Of a DNA stretch of 64,000 nucleotides, positions 13,525-26,248 are shown in pieces (position 1 is the first letter of the stretch; the number at the start of each line of letters is the position of its first letter). The stretch comes from Eledone cirrhosa. Taxonomy: Eukaryota. The stretch covers positions 23,746,001-23,810,000 of the forward strand of contig OZ024764.1 of NCBI GenBank assembly GCA_964016885.1, in the 5' to 3' direction. The notes beneath the pieces are model-generated. The model was not told the origin of the DNA, did no database searches, and saw only the letters and a list, made by a program, of their open reading frames with translations. A program made the position numbers and the translations under genes.

Positions 13525-13680
13525 ACTAAGGTGTTGAAATAACCAGGTACCCTCACGAGTATCACCTGACACCTCGGTAAGGTGAGGCTAAGGGGCTAAA
13601 ATAACCAGGTACCCTCACGGGTATCACCTGACACCTTGGTAAGGTGAGTCTAAGGGGCTGAAATAACTAGGTACCCTCAC
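13525..13680. repeat. 60-bp intronic tandem repeat (also 30180-30400 and 45438-45593)
   Basis: Unit GGCTAAGG..GAAATAACCAGGTACCCTCACGGGTATCACCTGACACCTCGGTAAGGTGA. Confidence 0.9.
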
Positions 13681-14037
13681 TGAAATGACTAGATTTGTAG
13701 AAAAAGTAGGGTGAAAGTATACGAAGAGATGTAGTTTCACAGATCTACTCACACCTCACGTTGGGTGGGAAATAATTATTTTTCTTAGATTTTTTTCTAG
13801 ACCCCTTTTCAATATTTTCTCTGAACCCCTTAGATACTTGCAATAGACGTTTTATTCCCCAGTATTAGGGTTAGGGTTTCCGTTTTCAGGAAGAAAAGTC
13901 GATTGCAAACATCTAAGCGGTCGAGAAAAATAATAAGGAAAGATAATTATTTCTCAGCCAACTGGAGAAGTGTGTAGCTCTTCTAAACTCTGATAATCCT
14001 GTTTCCCACTTCTTTATCTACAAAGCTAGTCGTTTCC
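13681..14037. mobile_element. MITE-like degenerate inverted repeat with central TTAGGG motifs (also 30401-30744 and 45594-45944)
   Basis: Termini GGAAACGACTAGATTTGTAGA / TCTACAAATCTAGTCGTTTCC (clearest in units C and D) plus internal inverted blocks. Confidence 0.7.
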
Positions 14038-14437
14038 TGCTACTTTGAAGACCCTATTTAATGATAACGCCACTAGTAAATCTTTGTCAACTTTTCATAC
14101 GTAAATTGTGAATCAGTTATTTTTAAACAAACTATCAAAGAAGTGATCTCACAGTAACTGTGTTTGATTTAATCAACTTATTCCCCACAAACATTGTCGA
14201 CCTTGTGTCTCAATCAGAAACTATTATAAGATCTTAAATCAACCTCGTAAAGATGAAGGGCAAAGCTAACCTCGGCGGAATTTCAACCCTTTGTTATGAG
14301 TTCAAATCCCGCCAAAGTTAACTTTGTCTTTCATTCTAAAGGAGTGGATAAATTAAAGTTCCAGTAATCTACTGGGGTCTGAGATATTAAGGTTTGAGTA
14401 AATTCTATCTTTTTGTGTGTTTGTATTTATAATCTTA

Positions 14438-14594
14438 CTAGAAACCCAGTGACCTGTTGGGTCACGTTCCCTTTAAAAATAATATTTAAATAATTAAAAT
14501 GTACACAGACATGTATATAATGTAAAATGAAATTAGTAGGCCGATGTATATATATATATATATATATATGCGTGTGTGTGTGTATATTTATATA

Positions 14595-14641
<47 letters not shown>

Positions 14642-14930
14642 GTCACTTGTTCTAATTTTATAACTTTGTTCAACAGCACCACCAGCTATCTCTCTCACAC
14701 ACACCCATTATCTTTCTCTCTCTATTTATAAAGGTACCAGAAAAACCCCATATCTCGGGAACCTGTGCATTGATTTACGTGAAACTTATTTTATCCCATT
14801 TGTATTCCCATTTCAGGGTCAACATCCTTTCAAACTATTTTCCCATTATGCCCCGTTTTGGCTGTATTACATTACAGACAAGACACAATCACAGAGTTTT
14901 AGGTTTATAATGTTATAGTATCATGATAGG
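14438..14930 (-). mobile_element. Non-autonomous Helitron-like element, intronic (also 31527-31980 and 46345-46810)
   Basis: Reverse complement of 22162-22531; CTAG end with GACC-CAACA-GGTC hairpin; internal microsatellites. Confidence 0.65.
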
Positions 14931-15049
14931 GTAATACAGTTATTTATAGACCTGTGGTAAATGTTGGTTCAGTCCACCCTGAGGGGTGTAAGTGTTTTAT
15001 CAGTCTACCCTGAGGGGTGTCAGTGTTGGTCATTGATAACCTTTATAAC

Positions 15050-15348
15050 TAGAGGCCTGTTGGTGAGGACAAGCTGGATGTGGTGACATCTTTCTGCTAC
15101 CTGTGTGACATGTCAGCTGGAAGTGGAGCCAAGTTCACTGCCATCGTGCTGTGCCACTCGACAGGTAACAAGTTTGTGACATCTGTCTGAATTGACGCTG
15201 AAGAAATGACAGAGCTATGATCCACTGGATGTGTAGTGTGACCATTGAGGATGATGTCAGCTCAACTGAGCTCCTAAAAAAACTGCTGATCGACAACCTC
15301 AAGGATGTGTTTCACAGGAGACATTTGCACTGGTATGGCCATGTTGTG
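15050..15348 (+). mobile_element. Old RTE C-terminal fragment (also 32440-32850 and 47055-47463)
   Basis: VVTSFCYL....ASETWAM...NDRAMIHWMC...WYGHV across copies. Confidence 0.7.
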
Positions 15349-17590
15349 CATTCTCTCTCAACTCATCTATGCTTGGTCGTTGATGCACATTGACATTGCA
15401 CATCCAACGGAGTATACTTGCTTCATCTCTCTCCAGCCGTTGCATATCCTCTGCAGTTGCTGTCCATGTCTCACTACCGTGCAGCATCACACGTCTCACG
15501 CAGGCATCACAAGCCATTCGTTCTTAGAGAGAAACTCTTCTTTGTCAACATAGGAAGCAGCTCCCTAAACTTCTTCCAACCCGTCCTTATTCTAGATACT
15601 ATGGCCTCTGAGCACCCTCCTCCCATGCTAATTTGATCACCTAGATACCGGAAGCTATCAACCATTTCTATAGAACCTATCTGCATTTGAAAAATGTGTC
15701 TATCAATGCGACTTCTACTGTCAAATGTCCCTGTACATCTACTGCATATGTAGTTTTCCCTACCTGTTAGTTTGCCTGCTATCCCACTACATTTCTTGTG
15801 TACCCAAAATCTGCATTGTGTACATTATAGAATTTATGCCAGTTCCTTTTCTACATATTGAACAAGGCCATTTACCTGATGGAATGACAGTTTTGTCCTC
15901 TTTTCTACTCATCAACACTTTAGTCTTAGCTAGGTTCACTCTCAGTCCTCTTGCTTCCAACTGCTGTTTCCATAGCCAGAATTTATGCTCTAGCTCCTCT
16001 ACTGATTCTGCTATAAGAACCACATCGTCATCATAGAGAACTTCCCATGGGCACCTAGTCTTAAACTCCTCTGTTATGACATGGAGGACTATAATGAACA
16101 AGAGCGGGCTGAGGACCGAACCCTGATGTACTCCTGCATCTGTAATCCTCACTAAACTCCATGCCTACCCTCCTCTTTACTGACAGCACATCTGTACATA
16201 GCTTGCACTGTCTTCACAAACTATTCCTCTACACCTAGTTTCCTTAGGGACCACCAGATGACAGATTGGGGTACTCTATCAAAGGCCTTCTCTAGGTCAA
16301 CAAAAACTAAGTATAGTGGTTTTCTTCTCTAAGAACCTCTCTTGTAGTTGTCTCACTAAGAAGAGGGCATCTGTTTGACTCTTTCTCTAAGTTGCGCTAG
16401 TATTCTTTCTGTCACTTTCATAACCTGATCCATCAGTTTTATACCCCTATAATTACTCCCCTCCAGAACATCCCCTTTACCTTTACCTCAATTTATGAGA
16501 ATACTGCTGCACCAGTCTTTGTGTATGACACCACCATATATAGCTTGATTAATGATGCATGCAACCACTTTAATTCCTACTTCTCTTGATGCCTTCAGCA
16601 TCTCAGCAACTATCCCCAACAGTCCAGCGAACTTACCATTTTTCATTTCCTCAATTGGACCCTATAGTCGTCAATCTCAATAGCTGGTCCTTCTGTCAGG
16701 TCTACTGAAGGTAGCTCCCCTCCTATTCATTCTCCACATTCATCAGTCTCTCATAATGACATTTCCAGGCCTCCTTTTTTTTGAGAATCAGTGACACTAA
16801 GTGCACCAACATCCTGATTTACACTGACACACTGCCTTGCAATGTGGATGACCGCACATCTCTGATCTCCCCATCGCAGGACATTGGCAAACCTTCTACT
16901 CTCAGATTCCCTGCATGTTAAGTAAACCTGACATCTAGCTTCTCTCTTAGCGGCTGTGTATCGGTCTCTACCTCTACCATTTTTCCAAGCCTTTTGTCTC
17001 TAATGGCTCTATCTACCGTGCTGTTCCACCACCAGGTCACCCTCTGTCTGGTTGGAGCTCTGCTCCAGCCACAAGTTTCTTCAGTAACCTGCAGTAAGTT
17101 GTCACGTAAGAAATTCCAGTTATCGTCCATGTCATAGGACTCTAAATCGTCTTCTTTTTCGTCATACACATCTTGAAGGGCTTTCCTAAATTTATATTTT
17201 AGTGAAAGGTCTTTTAGTTTCCAGACCTTCCTTTTTCAAACCTTCTTGTATGTCTCTTGCTTACTGAGATATCACTAACGACTAACCTATGTTGGTGGGG
17301 TACATTGTTCCCTGGGGTATGCCTTAGTATTTGACACCATCTGTCTCTCTTGCTACTTAACTAGCAAGAAGTCAATCTGTCTCATGTGCTCCCCTGCTTG
17401 GTAGGTTATTAGGTGGTTGGTAGGTTTCTTGAAGTGTTGCAAATGGTTAGTTCACTTGCATCACAAAATACAAGAAGCCTCACTCTTTCTTCATTTCTTG
17501 AGCCATAACCATAACCACCATGTACCCCAGTATATCCATCCTCGAACATGACCATTGAAGTCCCCTGCTATTATAACTAGGTCTCTGTCA
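15349..17590 (-). mobile_element. Fragmented RTE LINE (EN+RT), intronic antisense (also 32851-35075 and 47464-49715)
   Basis: GDFNGHV, TWWWN, GVHQGSVLSPLLF, LYADD/LYDDD, MLHGSETW with frameshifts. Confidence 0.9.
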
Positions 17591-18141
17591 TTGTGGTTAT
17601 CTCTACTTATTCTTTTTCTACATATGGAGCAGGGCTACTTTCCTGAAGGGGTCAGGGTCTTCTCTCCTATCCATTAGCACTTTAGTTTTGGCTAAGTATA
17701 TTCTCAGAACTTACCATTTCAAATTCTATATCTATAGTTGGTCATCTACATAGAGAAGTTTCCATAGACAGCCAGTCTTAAACCTCTCTGTTATGGCTTG
17801 GAGAACTATGATGAACAACAGTGGGCTAAGAACTAAACCATGATGAACTCCTACCTGTACCTTCAATTCCTCACTAATCACACTTTACTGAGAGCTTCTC
17901 ACAAGCCATTCTTCTACACCTAATTTCTTTAACCCTTTAGTATATAAACTGGCCATATCTGGCCAGAATTGTCTCTTGTCTTTCTATTCAAACTGGCCGT
18001 AACTGGTCACTTATACTTATGTTAAGGTATTGTTCTCAAAATAAGTAACATCAAAATCTCATAGATTTGATATTATGAGTGATAAAGCATTTACTGTGAA
18101 AATATAATAGTAAATATAGAGTAATGTGAATACTAAAGGTT

Positions 18142-18440
18142 TAATCTGATGTCACTAATAACTACTTTTATCAGTCAGTATAATCTAATGTCACTAATAA
18201 CTACTTTTATCAGTCAGTTTAATCTAATGTCACTAATAACTACTTTTATCAGTCAGTTTAATCTAATGTCACTAATAACTACTTTTATCAGTCAGTTTAG
18301 TCTAATGTCACTAAAAACTACTTTTATCAGTCAGTTTAATCTAATGTCACTAATAACTACTTTTATCAGTCAGTTTAATCTAATGTCACTAATAACTACT
18401 TTTATCAGTCAGTTTAATCTACTTCCACTAATAACTAACC
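18142..18440. repeat. 39-bp minisatellite, ~7.6 copies
   Basis: Same unit as 4206-4541. Confidence 0.95.
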
Positions 18441-18792
18441 TATGTTAGTCAGCACATTCTTCACCAAAGAAGGCCTTAGTATTTATTACAGTCCATTTAT
18501 CAATATAGAAATATTATATGAAATTTGTACTGATGTATTACAAGTTTCTCAGTATCTTATAATGTTCTTTTATTATTTCAGAATACCAGAGGACATTGGC
18601 ATTAAAGAGCACGTTACATCAGACATATCCTCAACATTAACCATTTCTAATGAAAGACACTACCCATCATTTTCAAATAATTTTGAAAACACTCAACACT
18701 TTGAAGTGATTTAGTAATATAACTAAATTTCTCAGTATTAAGCTGTGAATTATGTGAGAAACTGAGGTGATTGATATCTTTTAGTAGGAGAT

Positions 18793-20238
18793 ATGTCGAA
18801 AAATATAGTAAAATCACCATTCCACTGTGATATCTGTGGTAAATCATTCTCTCGTAGTGATAACCTAACTACTCACAAACGTATTCATACAGGAGAGAAG
18901 CCATATCACTGTGATATCTGTGGTAAATCATTCAGTCGCAGTAATACCTTAACTAATCACAAACATATTCATACAGGAGAGAAACCATATCACTGTGATA
19001 TCTGTGGTAAAACGTTCTCTACAAATAATAACCTAACTACTCACAAACGTATTCATACAGGAGAGAACCCATATCACTGTGATATCTGTGGTAAATCATT
19101 CACTTGTAGTCATCACCTAACTACTCACAAACGTATTCATACAGGAGAGAAACCATATCACTGTGATATCTGTGGTAAATCATTCAGTGACAGTAGTAGC
19201 TTCAGAGTTCACAAAAAAATTCATACAGGAGAGAAACCATATCACTGTGACATCTGTGGTAAAACGTTCTCTAAAAACAATAGCGTAACTACTCACAAAC
19301 GTATTCATACAGGAGAGAAGCCATATCAATGTGACATCTGTGATAAATCATTCACTCAAAGTAGTCACCTAACTACTCACAAACGTATTCATACAGGAGA
19401 GAAGACATATCAATGTGATATCGGTGATAAATCATTCAGTGACAGTAGTAGCTTCAGAGTTCACAAACAAATTCATACAGGAGAGAAGCCACATCAGTGT
19501 GACATCTGTGGTACATCATTCAGTCACAAAAGTAACTTAACTACCCACAAACGTATTCATACAGGAGAGAAGCCATATCAGTGTGATATCTGTGGTAAAT
19601 CATTCTCTCATAGTAATCACCTAACTACCCACAAACGTATCCATACAGGAGAGAAGCCATATCAGTGTGATATCTGTGGTAAATCATTCTCTCGTAATAA
19701 CCTAACTACTCACAGACGTATTCATACAGGAGAGAAACCATATCACTGTGATATCTGTGGTAAAACATTCACTAAAAATAATAACCTAACTACTCACAAA
19801 CGTATTCATACAGGAGAGAACCCATATCATTGTGATATCTGTGGTAAATCATTCTCTCATAGTAATCACCTAACTACCCACAAACGTATCCATACAGGAG
19901 AGAAGCCATATCAGTGTGATATCTGTGGTAAATCATTCTCTCGTAATAACCTAACTACTCACAGACGTATTCATACAGGAGAGAAACCATATCACTGTGA
20001 TATCTGTGGTAAAACATTCACTAAAAATAATAACCTAACTACTCACAAACGTATTCATACAGGAGAGAACCCATATCATTGTGATATCTGTGGTAAATTA
20101 TTCTCTCAGAGTAATCAGCTAACTTCTCACAAACGTATTCATACAGGAGAGAAGCCATATCACTGTGACATCTGTGGTAAATCATTCTCTCAAAGTGGTA
20201 ACTTAACCAAGCATGTGCGTATTCATACAGAAGTTTAG
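18793..20238 (+). CDS. C2H2 zinc-finger protein ZNF-B, 17 fingers
   Basis: Intact ORF; finger 8 has CDIG (Cys lost); two 27-aa fingers; acceptor ends 18581; post-stop donor at 20442. Confidence 0.95.
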   Translation: MSKNIVKSPFHCDICGKSFSRSDNLTTHKRIHTGEKPYHCDICGKSFSRSNTLTNHKHIHTGEKPYHCDICGKTFSTNNNLTTHKRIHTGENPYHCDICGKSFTCSHHLTTHKRIHTGEKPYHCDICGKSFSDSSSFRVHKKIHTGEKPYHCDICGKTFSKNNSVTTHKRIHTGEKPYQCDICDKSFTQSSHLTTHKRIHTGEKTYQCDIGDKSFSDSSSFRVHKQIHTGEKPHQCDICGTSFSHKSNLTTHKRIHTGEKPYQCDICGKSFSHSNHLTTHKRIHTGEKPYQCDICGKSFSRNNLTTHRRIHTGEKPYHCDICGKTFTKNNNLTTHKRIHTGENPYHCDICGKSFSHSNHLTTHKRIHTGEKPYQCDICGKSFSRNNLTTHRRIHTGEKPYHCDICGKTFTKNNNLTTHKRIHTGENPYHCDICGKLFSQSNQLTSHKRIHTGEKPYHCDICGKSFSQSGNLTKHVRIHTEV

Positions 20239-20885
20239 CTGTATCAATATCAAACTCATTACTACAACAACAACAACAATTGTGTAGATCCATCATCCTG
20301 GCTAAAACTGGGGATAACCTTGTAGGTTTTACCTATGACAGGGATCATAAACACCAGGTTTCCATTTTTGAAGTAGTGTTTGAAGATTTTGTGTAAATTA
20401 AAGTTTTTCACATCAAACTTTGATTTATTATACTTTAACAGGTAAGATATATATTTGTATTTTTAGTAAAGGTTTGGGAACTTCTGTAATTTAAACCTGC
20501 CAATAAAATGAAAACTTTTGTTGTTGCTAGTCTGACATTGATATTAATTCTATTGTCCTGTACTTTGTCTCAAATATCACAGATTAAACAGATTTTAACA
20601 ATAACAACAGAAGTCAATAACTTGTAAGCCTAATATCTAGCTTCCATTTTAACTATTTGATATTGTTGTTCCCCTCCTGTCTCTTCAGGTCTTTTAGATT
20701 TCAACTTCTATCTACTGTACTATTCCATCATCAAGGCAACATTCATCTGGCTGGCAGCTTACATCAACTACAGATCTCATCAGTGGTTCACAACAGGCTG
20801 TCTGAAAGAAACTTGCTGATATCTTCTATGTCATAGCTATCAATCTCCTCCTCCTTATCATATGTATCATGTAGAACATCTCTGA

Positions 20886-21372
20886 ATTTATATTTAACAG
20901 GGAGATCTTTTACTGTCCCTACCCTTTTCTCTAGGTTGTCTTGTACCACTCTCACAGTCCCTCTAGATCTTATATTTAACAGGGAAATCTTTTACTATCC
21001 TTACCCTTTTCTCTAGATTGTCTTGTACCAGTCTCACAGTCCCTCTCGATCTTATATTTAATAGGGAGATCTTTTACTGTCTCTACCTCATTCTCTAGGT
21101 TGTCTTGTACCTCTCTCACAGTCCCTCTAGATCTTATATTTAACAGGGAGATCTTTTACTGTCTCTACGTCTTTCTCTAGGTTGTCTTGTACCACCCTCA
21201 CAGTCCCTGTAGATCTTATATTTAACAGGGAGATCTTTTACTGTCCCTACCCTTTTCTCTAGGTGGTGTTGTACCTCTCTCACCGTCCCTGTAGATCTTA
21301 TATTTAACAGGGAGATTTTTACTCTCCAACCCTTCTACAGATAGTCTTGTATCTGTCAGTCCCTCTAGATCT
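20886..21372. repeat. 82-bp minisatellite, ~6 copies
   Basis: Same unit as 6471-6812. Confidence 0.9.
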
Positions 21373-21664
21373 TACACCTAGTATCTAGTCTATGTTGAGT
21401 GGTACGTCCTTCTCCAGTAAAGGAGTTAATATTCCCAACCATCTGTCTATCCTGTTTTCTGATGAGAATGAAGTCAAGCTAGTTTATCTCTTCACCTGAT
21501 TGAAGTAACTAGATCAAGTAACTAGATGTTTTCCTGTAAGTTAGTGTTGCAGTGTTTGTGTCACCATGTAAGGTTTATATCTATTAATATAGAGATGTAG
21601 TAAAGTTTTCACTGTTGTATCTCTATTTTCTAAATATCTTAATAATGTTTCTCTACTATTTCAG

Positions 21665-22110
21665 AATATCACATGACCTTGACAGAAAAGAGTCTTTTAA
21701 AGACAACAGAAAGATGTTACATACAAGTGATATAAATTTGTTTAGTCTGTGGTGAATTATGGTGAAATATTTCTTCTGAATTGTGATAAATAACAACATT
21801 TTCCTTTTTCACTGTCTGGAATATTTACAAGATGATTTTACATTCTGATTAAACTTTGGATATTTACAAAAGAGTTTTCAAAATATTTGGATATTGACAA
21901 AGATCACATTTGGTAAAAATTATGAACAATAGAAATATTTACATCAACATAGGAATATTTTCCAGAAGAGATGGGAAAATCATTATACCACTGTAATATT
22001 TGTGGTTAAGTATTCTCTCTTCTTTATATGTAGAACATCTAACTAAACACTTTAACTAACAAACTATTGTGCTCTAGAATTGACAAACTTGAGCAATGTT
22101 TAATAAATGT
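21665..22110 (+). pseudogene. Decayed ZNF-paralog exon (also 38804-39235, 54185-54630; truncated at 7092-7337)
   Basis: Acceptor context resembles the coding-exon acceptor; MGKSLYHCNICG..FS relic at 21971; AATAAA at 22102. Confidence 0.6.
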
Positions 22111-22161
22111 TACAGATTTCTCCAAACTGTCGTTTACTAACTTTAATTTGAAGCTATATTA

Positions 22162-22531
22162 TCTATATACTACTAAAACTCTGTGATCGTGTCTTGTCTG
22201 TAATTTAATACAGCTAAAACAGTGCATAATGGGGAAATACTTTGAAAAGAATAAAACAAGTTTTGTATAAATTGGAGCACAGGTTCCCAAGATACGGGGT
22301 TTTCTGAGTACCTTGATAAATATAGGGAGAGAAAGAGATAGTGGTTGTGAGAGTGAGGAGACAGATGGAAGAGAGAGTGAGAGCTGGTGGTGTTTAATAA
22401 AATATGTGTGTGTGTATATATGTATATAAATATATACGTATGTATATTTTAACTATTTAAAAACTATTTTAAAATGATATTTAAAAAATAGTTTTAAGGG
22501 AACGTGACAGAACAGGTCCCAGGTCGTCTAG
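22162..22531 (+). mobile_element. Non-autonomous Helitron-like element (also 39290-39645 and 54681-55068)
   Basis: A|TCTATATACTACTAAAAC 5' end; 3' hairpin GACCCAACAGGTC (intact in C and D) then CTAG|T; no TSD. Confidence 0.75.
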
Positions 22532-22936
22532 TTTGTTACTAAATACTAGATATTAGAGGGTCATGTTCTAGATGTGCTGGAAGAGCCATTCCATCTCGTG
22601 AGGCTCACACCAGCAGCTAGCCACCTCAGCACCTATGGTGGTATATTTATTATATTATTTATTCTTTATCATTAATATTAATATAAAAGATAATTATATA
22701 TTTTTAGAGAAGAACCTCTAATTTCATATAGCTTAGGGCTTCAGTAGGTAAAAGTCTGGTCCTGCTTGTCTTGTATTTTTTAGGGGAGAAGTTAGGGAAT
22801 ACTGTTATTGTGTGAAAGTTTTCTAAATCTTCTTCAGCCACTAACGTGGAGAAGATATTTCAGTAAGAAGGTTCACATCCTGACATCTATAGCTGTTAAC
22901 AAGGAGATTGGAATTCATTATTAAACAAATGTTATA

Positions 22937-23410
22937 TCATCATCACTGTTTTACATCATTTTTTCCACGCTGGCATGGGTTAGACGAGTTATCCTGTTGT
23001 AAGCAATGCCAGGTCAGGTGACCACGTGTTGCTTCTACAGAACCAATTTTGGTTTTGTTTCTGCAGCTGGATGACCTTCCTAGAACCAAGCTTATTTACA
23101 TTGAGTACTGGGTGCTTTTTACCATCTCACCAACTCGACCACTTCACAGTGTGGGCTGGGTACTTTTTAACTTTTTGTCATGATACCTACAGTACCACTT
23201 TACAATGAGTACTGGGTACTTTCTGTTGTGACACCTACAGTACCACTTTACTGTGAGTACTACTTGACCACTTTACAGTGAGTACTGGGTACTTTATGTC
23301 ATGACACCTACAGTACCACTTTACAGTGTGGACTGGATACTTTTTGTTGTGACACCTACACGACCTCTCTACAGTGTTGGCAGTGAAATATCTAATGCAC
23401 CAGCTTCAGT
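22937..23410 (-). mobile_element. RTE 3'-end-derived element with 48-bp repeats
   Basis: Orthologous to 7481-8150. Confidence 0.7.
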
Positions 23411-23489
23411 AATCAGAAGATCGCTGTTTTCTATATTATAATTTTATAATATACATATACACATACAAACACAAATATATATATATATA

Positions 23490-26246
23490 GATGTGTGCTG
23501 CGTGCAAGAGGTGAGATGGAGAGGTGCCTCTGCGAGACTAGTCGTAGGCAAACATCTTAGCTATAAGCTTTTCTGGGTAGGTAAGGATGATGGGTTAGGG
23601 GGAGTAGGCATTTTCCTGGCTGAGAGATGGATCAATAAGACAATAGAGGTAGTTCGAGTTAGTAATAGAATAAGCTTAGGTTAGTTGTAGGCAGGAGACT
23701 ACTGACAATCATCTCTGCCTATGACAGAGGACGGAGACATCATTATGCTAGTAGGGGACTTCAATGGTCATGTTGGACAGCTCCAGGATGGTTATACTGG
23801 GGTACATGGTGGGCACGGTTACGGCTCAAGAAATGAAGAAGGAGTGAGACTTCTTGAATTTTGTGATGCAGGTACATTGACTATTTGCAACACAAACTTC
23901 CAGAAACCTGCCAATCACCTAATAACCTACAAATCGGGCGAGCACATAAGCCAGATTGACTTCTTACTAGTTAGGCAGCGGGACAGGCAGATCGTGTCTA
24001 ATACCATGGCATACCCTGGGGAAGAATGTACCCCACAGCATAGGTTAGTTGTTAGTGATATCTCAGTAAGCAAGAGATGGAATGAGACATACAGGAAGGT
24101 GTGGAGAAGAAAGGTCTGGAAGCTAAAAGAGCTTTAACTAAAATACAAATTTAGGAAAGCCCTTCAAGATGTATATGACGAAAAAGAAGACGATTTAGAG
24201 ACGTATGACATAGATAACAACTGGAATTTCTTGTGTGACAACTTACTGCAGGCTACTGATGAAACTTCTGGCTGGAACAGAGCTCCAACCAGACAGAGAG
24301 TGACCTGGTGGTGGAACAGCACAGTAGATAAGGCCATTAGAGACAAAAGGCTAGCATGGAAGGCTTGGAAAAAGGGTGGGAGTAGGGAAGAATATACAGC
24401 CACTAAGAGAGAAGCTAGACGTCAGGTGTACTTAGCACGCAGGGAGACTGAGAGTAGGAGGTTTGCCAATGTTCTGCGACGGGAAGATTAGGGTCAATGC
24501 AAATCAGGATGTTGTTGGAGATAAATGTGTCCGGGATGATGCTGGTGTACTTAGTGTCACGAATGATCAGAAAGAGGAGGCCTGGAAATGTCATTATGAG
24601 AGACTGATGAATGTGGAGAACGAATGGGGGAGAGAGAAATTACCCTTAGTAGATCCGATAGAGGGACCAGCTATTGAGATTGATGAATATAGGGTCCAAG
24701 AGGCGATTAAGGAAATGAAAAATGGTAAGGCTGCTGGACCATCGGGAATAGTTGCTGAGATGCTGAAGGCATCAGGGGATGTAGACACTAAACTGGTTGC
24801 ACACATCATTAATCAGGCTATATATGGTGGTGTCATACCCAAAGACTGGTGCAGCAGTATTCTCATAAATTGCTACAAAGGTAAAAGGGAGAGGAGCAAT
24901 TATAGGGGTATAAAACTGATGGATCAGGTTATGAAAGTGGCAGAAAGGATATTAGCACAACTAATTAGAGAACGGGTCAAACTAGATGAGATGCAGTTTG
25001 GTTTTGTGCCTGGGAAGAGTACAACCGATGCCCTCTTCTTGGTGAGACAATTGCAAGAGAGGTTCTTAGAGAAAAATAAGCCACTCTACTTAGCCTTTAT
25101 TGACCTAGAGAAGACCTTTGATAGGGTACCCCGATCTGTCATCTGGTGGTCCCTAAGGAAACTAGGTGTTGAGGAATGGCTTGTGAGGACAGTGCAAGCT
25201 ATGTACAAGTAGGAGTACATCAACGTTCGGTCCTCAGCACGCTCTTGTTCATTATAGTCCTCCAAGTCATAACAGAGGAGTTTAAGACTGGCTGCCCATG
25301 GGAACTTCTCTATGCTGACGATCTGGTTCTTATAGCAGAATCAGTAGAGGAGCTAGAGAATAAATTCTGGCTTTGGAAACAGCAAGAGGACTGAGAGTGA
25401 ACCTAGCTATGACAAAAGTGTTGATGAGTAGAAAAGAGGACAAAACTCTGATTCTATTAGGGAAATGGCCATGTTCGATATGCAGAAAAGGAACTGGCAT
25501 AAATTCTATAAAATGCACACAATGCAGATCCTGGGTACACGAGATGTAGCGGGATAGCAGGCAAACTAACAGGTAGGGATAAATACGTATGCAGTAGATG
25601 TACAGGGAAATTAGACAGTAGAAGTCGCATTGATAGACACAGTTTTCAAATGCAGGAAGGCGCTATAGAAGTGGTGGATAGCTTCCAGTACCTAGGAGAT
25701 CAGATTAGCATGGGAGGAGGGTGTTCCGAGGCCATAGTAACTAGAATAAGGACGGGTTGGAAGACGTTTAGGGAGCTGCTTCCTCTGCTGACGAAGAAAG
25801 GCCGGTTGTATGATGCCTATGTGAGCACCGCAATGCTGCATGGTAGTGAGACATGGGCAGCAACTGCAGAAATGAGACATCCGTTGGATGTGCAGTGTAA
25901 ATGTGCGTGAACGACCCAGCATGAATGTGTTGAGAGAGAAACTGTGTCTGAGATGGATAGAATGTAGTGTACGGGGGAGAAGACTGAGGTGGTATGGACA
26001 TGTGATGCGCATGGAGGATGACCGATGGGTGAAGAAGTGCCAGGAAATGACAGTTGAAGGAAGACGTGGTCGAGGTAGACCACGAAAAACATGGGCGGAG
26101 GTGGTTAGAACAGACCTCACATCGTTGAAGCTCTCGGTGGAGATGACGAAGGACCGTGATGAGTGGAGAGATGTTGTGCTGAATAAGACCCGTCCCACCC
26201 TTGCAAGCAGGGAATAGCGGACGTGAAATGATGATGATGATGATGA
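23490..26246 (+). mobile_element. 5'-truncated RTE LINE (EN, RT, C-terminus, (GAT)n tail), specific to the B-C spacer
   Basis: CCVQEVRW, GDFNGHVG, QIDFLL, QFGFVPGKSTTDA, LYADD, WYGHVMRM; absent at the orthologous (TA)n at 41170. Confidence 0.92.
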
Positions 26247-26248
26247 TA

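Noticed and set aside
13860-13880. TTAGGGTTAGGG as interstitial telomere
   Set aside because: Only two units, inside a MITE-like element
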